From assembly GCF_963921235.1 (NCBI RefSeq), contig NC_086109.1:32614001-32678000 (forward strand): DNA of 64,000 nucleotides, given 5' to 3'. The notes under the pieces are model-generated. The model saw nothing but the letters and a program-made list of their open reading frames with translations, ran no database searches and was not told the origin of the DNA. This stretch comes from Mobula hypostoma (taxonomy: Eukaryota). Position 1 is the first letter of the stretch, and every line of letters starts with the position of its first letter. The position numbers and the translations under genes are program-made. Positions 11,080 through 23,442 of the stretch are shown in pieces.

Positions 11080-14000
11080 AATTTATTATTCTGTTGTGCT
11101 TGCATGGAACTTCAGCTAATTGGGGCAGCTGCTGAAACAATTACGACAAAAGAGACTACGTATTATAATTTTTTAGGAAATTATTGGTGTAATTGAACTT
11201 GGCTGTACCCATATTCACTACAGTTTAAGTGTAACAAAGAAGTAATGTTTTCTTTCAAAACTGCTTATATTTCTCATATTCCCTTAAAATTATTTTCCTA
11301 TTATGTACTACTAACTAGGCAACAAGCATTAATGATCATAAATATGAAGATGGAGGAGACAAAAAGGAGGAGAAAGAAGAGATGAAGCAACCCAGAGAGC
11401 CACTTGTTGATTGAAATTCCCATGAAAAATTCATACAAATGCCATTCAAATTACTATAATCCAATTTTCCCACTTACTAGTGATCCTGCACCATAAATTC
11501 TATCTGAAACTGACCACAAAGTCCATTTGATGACAACGCAAAAATAAAAGCCAGCAGAAAATAACTATTCCTAATTTCAAACATGCCAGTCGAAATTTAT
11601 GAATAAGACTATTTCAAATGCACAAAGAAGTTTTCTAAATATATATGTACATTACGTTGACAGCTATCCCTTCTGTGCATTTCCTGTTCTTTCACTCCAA
11701 AGTAGTATTTTGTCAGTTGTTGCAGACTGTGTGATGGAGACCACAGATGATCTTGGAGATTAATTTTTAACACCTCAGGTTCAACAAAATTTAGTCAAGA
11801 TTGCATGCTTCATCTTGAACAGGAGCAGACTGGGCTGGCTGACTGGTTGGCAAGGACGCTGGTGAAGAGAGAGTGGTAGGAGAGTGAATATGTTCTTCCG
11901 GACTGAGGACAATGGAACAATCTATGAAATCTCCTGGAGGACATGCTCCAGACTATCATTGTCACAATGGTAACAAATGGACTTTGCATGGCAAAAATTT
12001 AAGGTTTTCATTGGCATTAATGTGTGGCTACCATTTGTGCTGCAGTAGGACCATGTCATTGGCTATGAAATTGTGCATTGTTTTGGATTCAAATCACTAG
12101 CTGTATTGCTCCTGGAACTTGTATGGCTTGTGAAAACAATGCAAAGTCATAGTTACCTGACTATAGAAAACAAATCTTCAGAAAATTCTCCAGTTACACA
12201 GAGCTGGGTAAGCATGGGTGCAGATCTTTGCACAGCAGCATTCTTAGTTAACTTCTTCACCTCTAAAGCAAAATAAAGCAAGTGGAATGAGCGTTGTGCA
12301 AAGCAAGATGCCTATCTTCAGAATTGTGGTTTTCAAGCTTAAAACACAGTTCTGTTGCTAACTGTTTTTCAGTTAGCCTCAGAACACAGGGGACTGAAAA
12401 AAATCAAAACAACACAAGTGAGACAGGACCAAAACCAGTCAGAGGTGCAAACACCCAAAGTGATCGCAAACATCATAGCAAAGTAAGTTTCCCAGAAGTG
12501 GTGCATCTCTTACAAAAGTACAATTTGCTGACATGAATATTCTGTTTTTTGATCCCATCTCTTCTATTTGTCCCCTTAAAAAAGGGATTAGTGATATTCA
12601 CCAGTTTCTCACCCATAATAGTTGTGTTAAAGTCTACTCTCCAATAAGGGGCAAACATGCCAAATAACTGAGAAACTTTTAACCTTTCTTCATTCAATCC
12701 AATTTGAACTCCCAAGTTACGTGTTCAAAATTGCCATCTTTTCTACAGCCTGCATTGTACATGTCAGGTTTAACATCCATGTAAACATCACAGAGGAAAC
12801 CTAGTTATAGCTTTGGAAGTAGCAGGTAGTCTCGATGCATTGAGTACATAATGGGATTCTCACAAATTTCAAACTGACACAACATTTTTTATGGGTTCTT
12901 TTTTTAAGGGCACGATGTGGTTTTTGTTCTCTGCATATTGAGTGTCAGATCGTCTTCTTTATATGTAGAAGTTCTTCTTTGGGTGCCTTTGTTTTGTAGC
13001 TGCCTATTAGGAGATGAACCTCAAGGTTGATAATGAATATACTTTGAAGTTGAACATCGCTCCACAAATGTCTTCCTCTATACAGAGGGTAGTACTGTCC
13101 ATCATCTCCTTTCTTTTTCAATCTTTTTATTAATTTCAACATCATAAACATTACAAAAAATAAGTACGGAGCAATTGGGATTACATTGATAATAATTAGT
13201 TTATACAAGTATAAACTCAAATGGCACATACTTAATAAGCCTCCCAAAATCTTGGAAAATTACAATAAAATATAGAAAAAATATACATGAAAATACAAAA
13301 ATATCATAAAAAAGAAAAAATATATATCCCATTAGAAAAAAAAACTAATCTAACCAAACTAGAAGAAAACTAAAGAGAAAAAAAAGAGGAAAAGAAAGGG
13401 CTATTATGATATCTCAGATAAAACCAATAGTGTTGCTACTTCCACTCCTCTCCCCGTATGTTGAAGTAACAAAATAGAATTGGAAAGGGTCAAATTACAT
13501 CATGTGAAAATATTGAATAAATGGTCTCCAAATCTCACCAAATTTAATAGATGGGTCATAAATGACACTTCTAATTTTTTCTAAATTTAAACAAGACATA
13601 GTTTGAGAAAACCAATGAAATGTAGTAGGAGGATTAATCTCTTTCCAATTCAATAGTATAGATCTTCTAGCCATTAGAGTAACAAAAGCAATCATCCAAC
13701 AAACTGAGGGGTCAGATGACGTTGTTCTATCACTGGTAAACCAAAGATGGCAGTAATAGGATGAGGTTATAGATCAATATTCAAAACAGTTGAAATAATA
13801 TCAAAGATATCGTCCCAATATTTCTTCAACAAAGGGCATGACCAAAACATATGAATTAATGAGGCTATCTCAGAACGACACCGATCACATACAGGGTTTA
13901 TATGAGAGTAATAACAAGCTAGTTGATCCTTAGACATATGAGCCCTATGTACAACTTTAAACTGTATCAACGCATGTTTAGCACATATAGAGGAAGAATG

Positions 14001-14177
14001 AACTAGTTGGAAAATTTTTTGCCATTTCTCAGTAGGTAAAGTGAGCTTAAGTACCCTTTCCCAATCGTTCTTAATTGTATTCGAAACATCTGGATTTATT
14101 TTCATTATCATATTATAAGTAATTGCTATTGAACCTTTCTGAAAGGGATTTAAATCTAAAATGTTTTCCATTATATC

Positions 14178-14568
14178 CCCTACTGTATTTCCTGACCAAC
14201 CACCGCTACTGGATCGTGTTCACAGAATCCCATCATACTCGTCTAGGTCAGATAGACCTAGGCATGTTATTTTACGTTTTCATTATTTTCAAGACAAGGA
14301 GAGACTGTTTCGATTCGCTCGATCTAAAGGTTTCATTGATTTTTCGGATCTTAAGTTCCGATTCGTGGAAGATTTCAGTAAACCAATCTGGGACCAACGG
14401 GTCCGTTACAGATCCGTGATGTCGGAATTCTATAAGATGGATTTAAGACCAGCGCTGCTGTACCCTGCCCGTCTAAGGATTCGCATGTTAGATGGAGCCC
14501 TTCGTTTTTTTGATTCTCCATCGGATGCCCAGAGTTATCTGGATCAACTTTCATCTTCAACATCTTAA
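14178..14568 (+). CDS. L1 ORF1p C-terminal part (RRM/CTD, Transposase_22-like), 5'-truncated
   Basis: LDRVHRI..RPRHVILRFHYFQDKE..F(V)EDFS..LLYPARLRI..FFDSPSDA motifs typical of L1 ORF1p. Confidence 0.85.
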
Positions 14569-15288
14569 TTGCCTTTTTTTAATTATCTCCGTTGATCAGA
14601 GGCTGTGAATTGGTTGGTTTTAACTTTTCTGTGCCCTATTTGGGCAGAAAAGTTTCCTTTTGATTTCTTAATATGGCTGCTAAACTTTCTTTTTAACTGC
14701 GTCATTTCTTTCTTTTCCCAGGGGATTCTGGGTGGTTACTTCCCTTTTGTCATCTTACGTATTTCCTGTGCGGCCTTAAATTTTGTAGTTTTTTTTAAAT
14801 TTTATTCTGTTTTGCTTTTTATAATCACTTTATGTTAATAATTCTATTTTTTTTGTTGCTGTGTCTATTCATGAGTTTGAGGTTTATTGTGGTTTTTTTT
14901 TAATATATATTTTCCGGCTTTTGTTCTGTTCTGTATGTATCTTAATTGAGCTAACTTTTTTTTACTTATTTTTTTACTGTTTTACAATTAGCTGATCTTT
15001 TTCATATTTATACCTTTTTTTTAGGGAGCGTATACCGGAAGTCATGGGGGTAGTTTTAGCGCTTGCTTCTTTCTGGCGGGTCTGCTTTAGATTTTGCCTT
15101 GGGGTCTTGGGGTGGTGGGTGGTGGGAGGGGCTTCACGTTTTAGTTTGTTTCTCTTTGGGCTATATACATTATTGAAGTACTGGTTGCGTCCTTTTCCCC
15201 GGTATCTTTTGTATGTTCTGTTTCCTCTCCGGGTTTGTGGGTCGCGCCTATTGTCAATCCTCCTTGTTGTGGGTTGACTTTAGGATTT

Positions 15289-18200
15289 ATGGAGTCTATT
15301 ATTAATTTTGTCTCCTGGAATACTAATGGTCTTAATCATCCTATTAAAAGGAAAAAAGTTTTTAAAGTGTTCCGGAGACTTAAAGCACAAATTTTATTTT
15401 TACAAGAGACCCATGTACGGAGGGGGGACAGACTACGTTTTTTCAAATTCTGGAAGGGACAACAATTTCATTCGAACTCTAATGCTAAGATTCGAGGCGT
15501 CTCTATTTTTATAGATTCCTCAGTTACTTTTATACAACAGGATATTATCTCTGATCCGAATGGTAGATTTTTATTGGTTAGTGGTTTACTATTTAATAAA
15601 AAAGTAGTTTTGGTTAATGTTTATGCTCCTAATATGGATTGTCCGGAATTTTATAAATCATTGTTTGATCAGTTTCCGAATTTGAACGAGTTTTCATTGA
15701 TTTGGGGCAGAGATCTTAATACCTGTTTATCTCCAGCTTTGGACCGTTCGGCTCCTTTACGGACTTTACCTAATAAATCTGCAAATTTGATTAATTTTTT
15801 CCTTTCTGATTCTGGGTCGACGGACATTTGGCGTTTTCTGCATCCTCAGGAAAAAGATTTTTCCTTCTTTTCACATGTTCATCATTCCTATTCAAGAATT
15901 GATTATTTTTTCATTGATTCTCGTCTCATTCCTTCAGTGATTAAATGTGATTATGATTCTATAACCATTTCGGATCATGCTCCACTTAAGCTTTCTATTA
16001 AAATTATGGCCAATATACCAAACAATAGACAATGGCGTTTTAATTCGCAGTTGCTTCAGGACTCGGACTTTGTTAATTTTATGAATGAACAGATTGAGCT
16101 TTTTTTTACAATTAACTATACAGAAGATATTTCGGTTAACACTCTTTGGGACACTTTTAAAGCCTATATTCGGGGTCAGATTATTTCGTATTCCGTTGCT
16201 TTGAGGAAGAAACAGAAGCAGGAGGAGATGGCAATTGTGGACAAGATTAAAGAAATTGATAAGAAATATGTTATGGCTCCTTCTGAGGAGCTATACAAAC
16301 AAAGAACTGAACTTCAAATGGAACACAGTTTACTACTCTCGTCCTCGATTGTAAACCAATTAAAGAAAACAAGAAGTGATTTTTATGTTCACAGTGATAA
16401 AATTGGCAAGCTGCTGGCTAATCAATTGAAATCTAATTATGTTAAATCTCAAATCAATCAGATTTATAACCAAAATGATCGATTGATATTGGATCATGTG
16501 GGGATTAATCAAACCTTTTGTGATTTTTATTCTTCTTTATATCAATCAGAGTCTCCTCGAGATTCTAAATATATGAATGATTTTTTAGATAACTTAGACT
16601 TCCCTCAGATTTCACGGGATATGTCTTCTTTATTAGATACTTCCATTACAATGGATGAGATTAAGAATGTTATTTTTTCTATGAATCTGGGGAAAGCTCC
16701 TGGCCCTGATGGGTTTACCGTTGAATTTTATAAATGTTTTGCTTCTTTATTGATTCCTTGGCTCTATAAGGTTTTTGAGGCTTCTTTGAAACTTGGTAAA
16801 CTTCCGGAATCTTTTAATAGAGCATCAATTTCTTTAATACTAAAGAAGGATAAAGACCCTGCTCAATGTGCATCTTATAGACCAATATCTTTATTAAATG
16901 TTGATTCTAAAGTTTTTTCTAAGTTATTAGCAAATAGACTAGAAAAAGTACTTCCTTCTATTATTTCGGAAGACCAAACGGGTTTTATTAAAGGTCGTTA
17001 CTCTTTTTATAATATTCGTACATTGTTAAATATCGTTTATACTCCCTCACAAAATGTTCCTGAGTGTGTTATTTCTTTAGATGCCGAGAAAGCTTTTGAT
17101 AGAGTAGAATGGCCTTATTTATTTAAGGTGCTTGAAATGTTTAATTTTAGCTTGAAATTTATATCCTGGATTAAACTGTTATATTACTCCCCTGTAGCCT
17201 CGGTTCGTACTAACTCTTTAAACTCACCTTTTTTTCCTCTCTTTCGTGGTACTCGACAAGGCTGTCCTCTTAGTCCCCTATTATTTGATATTGCATTAGA
17301 ACCTCTTGCAATTGCTATTCGAGAATCTTCAAATATTACTGGGATAACTCGGGGATTAAAGTCCCATAAATTATCACTCTATGCTGATGATTTACTTTTA
17401 TATATTTCTAATCCTGAGAGATCCATTGCTGCTGTTTTAGAGTTATTAGCACAATTTGGTCTTTTCTCAGGTTATAAATTAAATCTTAGTAAGAGTGAAC
17501 TTTTTCCGATTAATAAACATCTTCCCTTATATTATAAATTTCCATTTAAATTGATTAATAATTACTTTTCATATCTTGGGATTAAAATTACTTGTAAACA
17601 TAAAGATTTATTTAAGACTAACTTTTTACCATTAATAGACCATATTACTCAACTTTCATCTAAATGGTTTCCCTTATATTTAACTTTGATTGGTCGTATT
17701 AATGCAGTTAAGATGTTTTTTTTGCCAAAATTTTTATATGTGTTTCAGGCATTACCAATTTTCGTTCCTAAATCTTTTTTTGATAAAGTTGACTCTAAAA
17801 TTTCTTCATTTATTTGGCAGAATAAGAATCCGAGACTGGGTAAAATACATTTACAGAAAGCTAAGAGAGATGGAGGTTTAGCATTACCTAATTTTAGATT
17901 TTATTATTGGGCTATTAATATTCGACATATGAAATTTTGGTTACTTGACCGGGACATACTATCTATTCCTAAATGGGTAGCATTGGAATTACAATCTGTT
18001 CAGGGTTATACACTTGGTTCTATTTTAGGTTCCTCTCTTCCTTTTGATTCGAAACGCCTTAAGCAGGTCTCTAACCCGATAGTTAAATATGCTTTGCGCA
18101 TTTGGTTTCAATTCAGAAAATTTTTTGATCTTAATCAATTCGGGTTAGCGATTCCTATTTTAGGTAACATATTTTTTCCTCCCTCTTTTACGGATCGCGC

Positions 18201-18407
18201 TTTTCAAACTTGGAAGACTAAGGGTATTTTACGGTTTTTGGATTTATTTTTAGATGGTTCCCTTATGTCTTTTGAACAATTATCTAATAAATATAACTTA
18301 TCAAGAATACATTTTTTTAGATATTTACAAGTTAGAAATTTCCTAAGTACTATACTTTCTTCCTTTCCAATGCTTCCTCCTATATATATTTTAGATTCGA
18401 TAATTAA
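15289..18407 (+). CDS. L1 ORF2p (APE endonuclease + reverse transcriptase), open frame but 3'-truncated before the zinc knuckle
   Basis: SWNTNGL, LQETH, VNVYAPN, SRIDY, SDHAP (EN; GGDxN appears as GRDLN); KAPGPDGF, YRPISLLN, SLDAEKAFDRV, QGCPLSPLLF, YADD (RT); about 1040 codons without a stop. Confidence 0.92.
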
Positions 18408-20149
18408 CCATTATATCAGTAGAATATGAAATCGGAAAGGTAGTAAGAGCAGTATTTAAACAGTTTCTGATCAGTAAATATATGAAAAAGTGGGATCTAG
18501 GTAAATTATACTTATTAAATAATTGTTCAAAAGACATAAAACAATTATCCAAAAATAAATCAGAAAATCGTATTATACCTTTCGTTTTCCAGACTAGATA
18601 GGCTTGGTCCAAAAACGAAGGATGAAAAAGAAAATTGGATGCAATAGGGCTTGCTAAAATAAATTGATTCAGTCCAAAAAATTTTCAAAACTGAAACCAT
18701 ATTATTGGGTTATCCATTTATTTGTCCAATTTAGAAAAATCAAAAGGGAGCAGGGTCCCTAAAATAGAACCGAATGAAAATCCTGAAACAGGATTACGTT
18801 CAAGATTAACCCATTGTGGACTAGAAACTGTGTCCCAATTCCATGTCCAAAATTTTAAATAATGAATATTAATTGCCCAGTAGTGAAATCTAAAGTTCAG
18901 CAATACGAAACCGCCCTCCTTATTGGGCTTCTGTAAGTATCTTTCATCTAGTCTAGGATTTTTATTCTGCCATATGTGTGAGGAAATTTTTGAATCGTGG
19001 TACTAGGCAGGGTTGCCCTCTAAGTCCTTTATTATTTATTTTTGCTTTAGAACCTTTAGCAATTGCTATTCAAGATTCACTAAATATTTTCGGTATTACT
19101 TGTGGGAAAGAGATACATAAGTTATCATTATATGCAGATGATTTATTGTTGTATATTTCTGACCCAGAGAAATCTATTCCTGCAATTTTATTCTTGTTGG
19201 CTTAAGTTTAGTAAATTTTCTGGCTGCAAACTGAATCTTAATAAGAGTAAACTTTTTCCGTTAAATATGTAGGTTCCAAATTACAAACGTTTACCATTTA
19301 GGTAAGTTACTGATCACTTTACCTATTTAGGAGTAAAAATCACCAAGGAGCATAAGGATTTATTAAAGGTTAATTTTTTACCTTTATTTGATCAGATTAA
19401 AGGTTTGTTTACTAAATGGTCACCAATGTCTTTGTCATTAATTGGTCGGATCAACACTATTAAGATGATTATTTTACCTAAGTTTCTATATTTATTTCAA
19501 GCACTGCCAATCTTCATTCCGAAATCTTTTTTTGATAATGTTGATTCAAAAATTTCCTCATACAGATGGCAGAATAAAAATCCTAGACTAGGTAAAACAT
19601 CATCTCCATATAGTTTTAAAAAAAACTTTCTCATCATACTGTGGAAACAACATTGCTTGCAAAATGTCCAAGCTGAGGAGAAAGGGGATCTACTTATCAA
19701 AAAAGAACTGCAGATGCTGGAAATTTAAAACAAAACATCACTGGAGAGGGAAACAGAACTATCATTTCATGTCAAAGACCATTGTTCAAACAGAATCACT
19801 TGCATGCCTAATATTTTTTTTATTGCTACCAAAATTGCTGACTGCGTTGTGCTTAGGGAAAATAGACTTTGCATTACCATAAAGTAACCAAACAAAAAGA
19901 AGAATTCTGAAACTAGCTGTTCAATGACCAAGAAGAATGTGTAAGCATAGACAAATGGCGTCAAATTAGATTTCTGTTCTATAAGAAAAAATAAGGAGCA
20001 GAAAGATGGGTTAAAAGTAAAAGTAAAATAATAAAAAAATTATGTACAACAATTATTTTCCTACAATACTTCACATACATTTGTTAATTAGCAATACTAA
20101 GGAGGCTTATTGCCAATAACACTGGACAACAAAGATTGTACTTCCTGAA

Positions 20150-20715
20150 TATTTCCGGGTGTATCTTGTGGATATTGGGCTGCTTATCATGAAAATCACT
20201 GTGAAACTTCCGATGATTACACCTTTTTTAAGAAATCACCTATTTTGTTATTTCTATTTATAGTTCAATTAAAATGTTGCCCACAATGTAAGCTGAAACC
20301 ATGATGTGTAACAGGTCACTAAATATTAATTTTCTGCATTCCCATTTAGACCTCTTCCCTGTAAACCTTGGTGCAGTCAATTGCAGGCATGGTGAGAGGT
20401 TTCACCAGGACATTGTGATCATGGAGAAACGATATCAGGACAACTGGAATCCATCAGTGTTGGCTGATTATTGTTGGACACTGTAAGCAAGAAGCCTCAG
20501 ACACTGAGTACAAATGGAAATCATCAGTAAAACATTTTAGCTTAGTTGAACTATTGCAAAGTATCATCACTGTTGCACAATTAAACACATTATATTCAAT
20601 AAAATTTGATTTCTTGTTTCTCCAAATTCTACATGATACAAGTAGCCTGAAGTTATATTTGTGTTCAGCTTCAAGTGGTCTATCATAAAGAAAAAAAATT
20701 CTGAGGCAACAAAAG
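20150..20715 (+). mobile_element. Decayed DNA transposon remnant, CMC/Chapaev3-like transposase C-terminus
   Basis: ORF 20301..20486 FLHSHLDLFPVNLGAV..HGERFHQDI..MEKRYQ.NWNPS.LADYCWTL matches a recalled transposase motif; superfamily label from memory. Confidence 0.55.
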
Positions 20716-20729
20716 GAAAGAGAAAGGAT

Positions 20730-21545
20730 CTAGCATATCTGACAAATAAACTCTTGGGCTTGCAGCTGGGTACAGGTATCCATTTTAACTGATGTTTCAA
20801 TGACAAACACTGCCATCTTCATCAGGGATGATGCCTGAGCATGCCTAGTTTAGTGGTATATATACCCCTGTCATCTGACCCTCCTGATTGGTTAGTCCTC
20901 ACTGTCCCACCTTGCTGACTCTTGAATTCCAGTTCTTTCTTAGAGAGAGACCTTCGTCTTTGTTAAAATCCTTATTCTGTAGTCTTACTTCAATGACTTC
21001 CTTTACCAGGCGGTCCCAAAAGCCTTTGGCATGGCACAATAGTTTTGTGCTGTCGACTTCAATCCTCTGGTCATTATGCATGCAATGTTCCACTGCCGCT
21101 GATTTCTCCGTGTAATCTAAATGGATGCACATCCTGTGCTTCTTGATGCAGGTTTCCACCGTGCACCCTGTCTGGCTGATATACGCTGCTCCGCGTTCAC
21201 AGGGAATCCTGTAAGCACCATCCATCCTGAGTCCCAAGCCACCTTTGACCTGATGAGGCTGGGATTTGAGCTTCCTTGAGGGTTTGTGGATGGTACTAAT
21301 CCAGTATTTCTTCAGGATCCCGACGATTCTTCCAGAAACCGTGGAGCTGTTCTTCCTACTTTGATTTAGGATGTGAATATTCTCCATGAGGAAATAAGAT
21401 GATTATGCACAATGTTCCTACAGAATGGCTACAAGACGAAGGAAATCAAACAAGGCTGGCCGAAAAACCAGCAAACCTAACAGCAAGGAGGAACCTATTG
21501 CTACCACCTGTCTTCCGTATATTTCCACGGTTTCTGGAAGGATCA
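20730..21545 (-). mobile_element. Second Penelope-like family (Poseidon-like), GIY-YIG 3' part with inverted 5' piece
   Basis: ORF 20899..21387 GAYRIPCERGAAYISQTG..KSAAVEH..RLVKEVIEV..FNKDEG (decayed GIY-YIG); plus-strand block ~21410-21545 encodes the upstream LPYISTVSGRI. Confidence 0.8.
20787..20830 (-). ncRNA. Hammerhead-ribozyme-like motif of the second Penelope family, slightly decayed
   Basis: Minus strand CUGAUGA-A-GAUGGCAG-ugu-UUGUCAUU-GAAACAUC: both catalytic boxes flank an 8-bp stem II; stem I is weak. Confidence 0.6.
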
Positions 21546-21764
21546 TAAAAAGGATCATCTGTCCTCAGCTAACAAGACTTAACTTTTTGGCCTGTTTCAT
21601 TTGTATCTACACTGTATAATCAGTGATTCAGTATATTCACAGGTGAGATATGGTTGAACATTTAGCATTGAATCATTACACTTTGCGCAGCAAGATTGGA
21701 TATCGACATTTATCTGAGTTTTTGCTGAGGTTCCATCAGCAACTTCATATCAGTAACAAACAAA

Positions 21765-22023
21765 GCAGGGCATCGGAGTTCAGAGTTCAATTCCGACATT
21801 ATCTGTAAGGAGTTGATGTTATGTCCTCCCCTTGGAATACATGGGTTTTCCTTGGTGCCCTGGTTTCCTCCCACAGTCCAAAGACATACCAGGTTGGTTG
21901 ATTGGTCATTGGAAGTTGTCCCGTGATTCAGTTAGGTTTAATCGAGGTTGTCAGGAGTTGCTGGGATGGCATGGCTCAGAAAGGCAGGAGGGCCTTCTCT
22001 ATGCTGTATCGCTAAATAAATAA
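21765..22023 (+). mobile_element. tRNA-derived SINE (HE1/V-SINE-like)
   Basis: B-box-like gagttcaattcc and conserved core gggttttccttggtgccctggtttcctcccacagtccaaagac; A-rich tail. Confidence 0.7.
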
Positions 22024-22024
22024 G

Positions 22025-23045
22025 TCAGAATCAGAATCAGGTGTAATATTACTGGTCCATGTTGTGAAATTTGTTGTTTTGTGTCACCAGTACAGTGCAA
22101 AACATAATTAAAAACTATAAATTACAGTAAGATATACACTGTAACTCCGTATCATTCATTATGGTCTTTCCTGCTCTTCTTGTTCTGTTGCAAATGATTG
22201 AATCTGTTCATGTGTTCAAATTTATATGTTTGATTATTGATGTTTGCACATGTGACAGTACTACTAATTTCCGATTGCTCACAGCTGTTTGCACTGTTGT
22301 CTTGTCTGTTATGGCACTGTCCTGTGTTTTATGCTTGGCACCAAACTACAATCAATTCTGGTATGTTTCACATACTGGCAATAGAGTGATTCTAACAAGT
22401 ATACATATAAATTAAAAAGTAGTGCAAAAAGAGAGAAAAAAAAGAAAATAGTGAGGTTCATTGTCTGTTCAGAAATCTGATGATGGAGGGAAAATGTTGA
22501 CTGTGTGTCTTCAGGTTCCTGTATCTTCTCTTTGATGGTGGCAATGAGAAAAGGGCATGTCCTGGGTTATAGATGGATGGCAATTTTGAGGCATTACTTT
22601 TTGAAGATGTTCTCGATGGCTGGGAGGCAAGTGCCCATGTTTGATCTTGCAGAGTTTACAACACTCTGCAGTCCTTTGCAGTGGCCCCTTCATACGAGAT
22701 GGAAATGCAAGCGGTTAGAATGCTCTTCATGGTACGTCAGCAGAAATTTGCCCGTCTTTGGTGACATACCAAATCTCCTCAAACTCCGAATGAAATATTA
22801 CCGCTTTGTAATTGCATCAATACATTGAGCCCAGAATGAATCTTCAAAGATGTTGACACCCACGAACTTGAAACTGCTCACTATTTCCACTTTTGATCCC
22901 CCCACTCCCACTCAATGAGGACTGTTGTGTGTTCCCTCAGCTTCCCCTTCCTGAAGTCCACAATCAATTCCTTGGTTTTACCGAAGTTGAATGCGAGGTT
23001 GTTGTTGCGAAGCCACTTAACCAGCTAATCTATCTCACATCATCT
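22025..23045 (-). mobile_element. Decayed Rex1/Babar LINE 3' portion
   Basis: (TCAGAA)n tail at the left end; reverse complement of the same 3' UTR and RT-end remnants as 3360-4825. Confidence 0.75.
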
Positions 23046-23442
23046 GAAATTGAGTTGCTATTTATAATAGCCCACTCCTTCACTACTAACCTCAACACTG
23101 TCCTTGTGCTTATGAGGAAGAATTAGATTTTTATCCCATCCTCTTTCTTCCTTTGAACCCTCATTACTCCCTGAGTCCCCTCTCTCCTTACACCTCACAT
23201 CCATCATTCCTCTCCTTGGTCTTTTCCTTTATCTATCTCATTATCTTTGCTATCCTTTCCTGATTGTCAGTTTTCTCTCTGCTCAGGGGAAATCACATCT
23301 TCTTTATAATTTCTGGTGCGATGTGCTTTAAATAAGTCCCCTAGGAGATGGAACTTATTTTTGTGAGTTGTTACTCTTTTTTTTAAATTGGTTTACACCA
23401 ATTTGGCTTTTGGATGTTCCATAACTCCGTCTAGTCTGATTC

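Larger units (their letters stand above)
8628..11134 (+). mobile_element. Tigger/pogo-like DNA transposon remnant, split by two Penelope-derived insertions
   Basis: Begins CAGTGGATTCTGGCTAATTG with repeated taattggg motifs that recur at ~11117-11134 after the Penelope insertion; acidic remnant ORF 8973..9230. Family assignment is from recall. Confidence 0.55.
14178..18407 (+). mobile_element. Younger L1-clade LINE, truncated at both ends, nested in the older L1
   Basis: ORF1 C-terminal half, T-rich inter-ORF spacer and ORF2; flanked by the direct repeat CCATTATATC (14168-14177 / 18408-18417); no 3' UTR or polyA. Confidence 0.9.
13110..19597 (-). mobile_element. Older L1-clade LINE with 5' inversion (twin priming); host of a nested L1
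   Basis: TSD CATCATCTCC at 13100-13109 and 19598-19607. Minus-strand ORF2 C-terminus (CDRC..HMFWSC zinc knuckle, ARRSILLNWK) and A-rich tail at 13110-14177; continuation at 18408-18976; inverted plus-strand RT block ~18978-19597 (RGTRQGCPLSPLLF, YADD). Confidence 0.88.
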
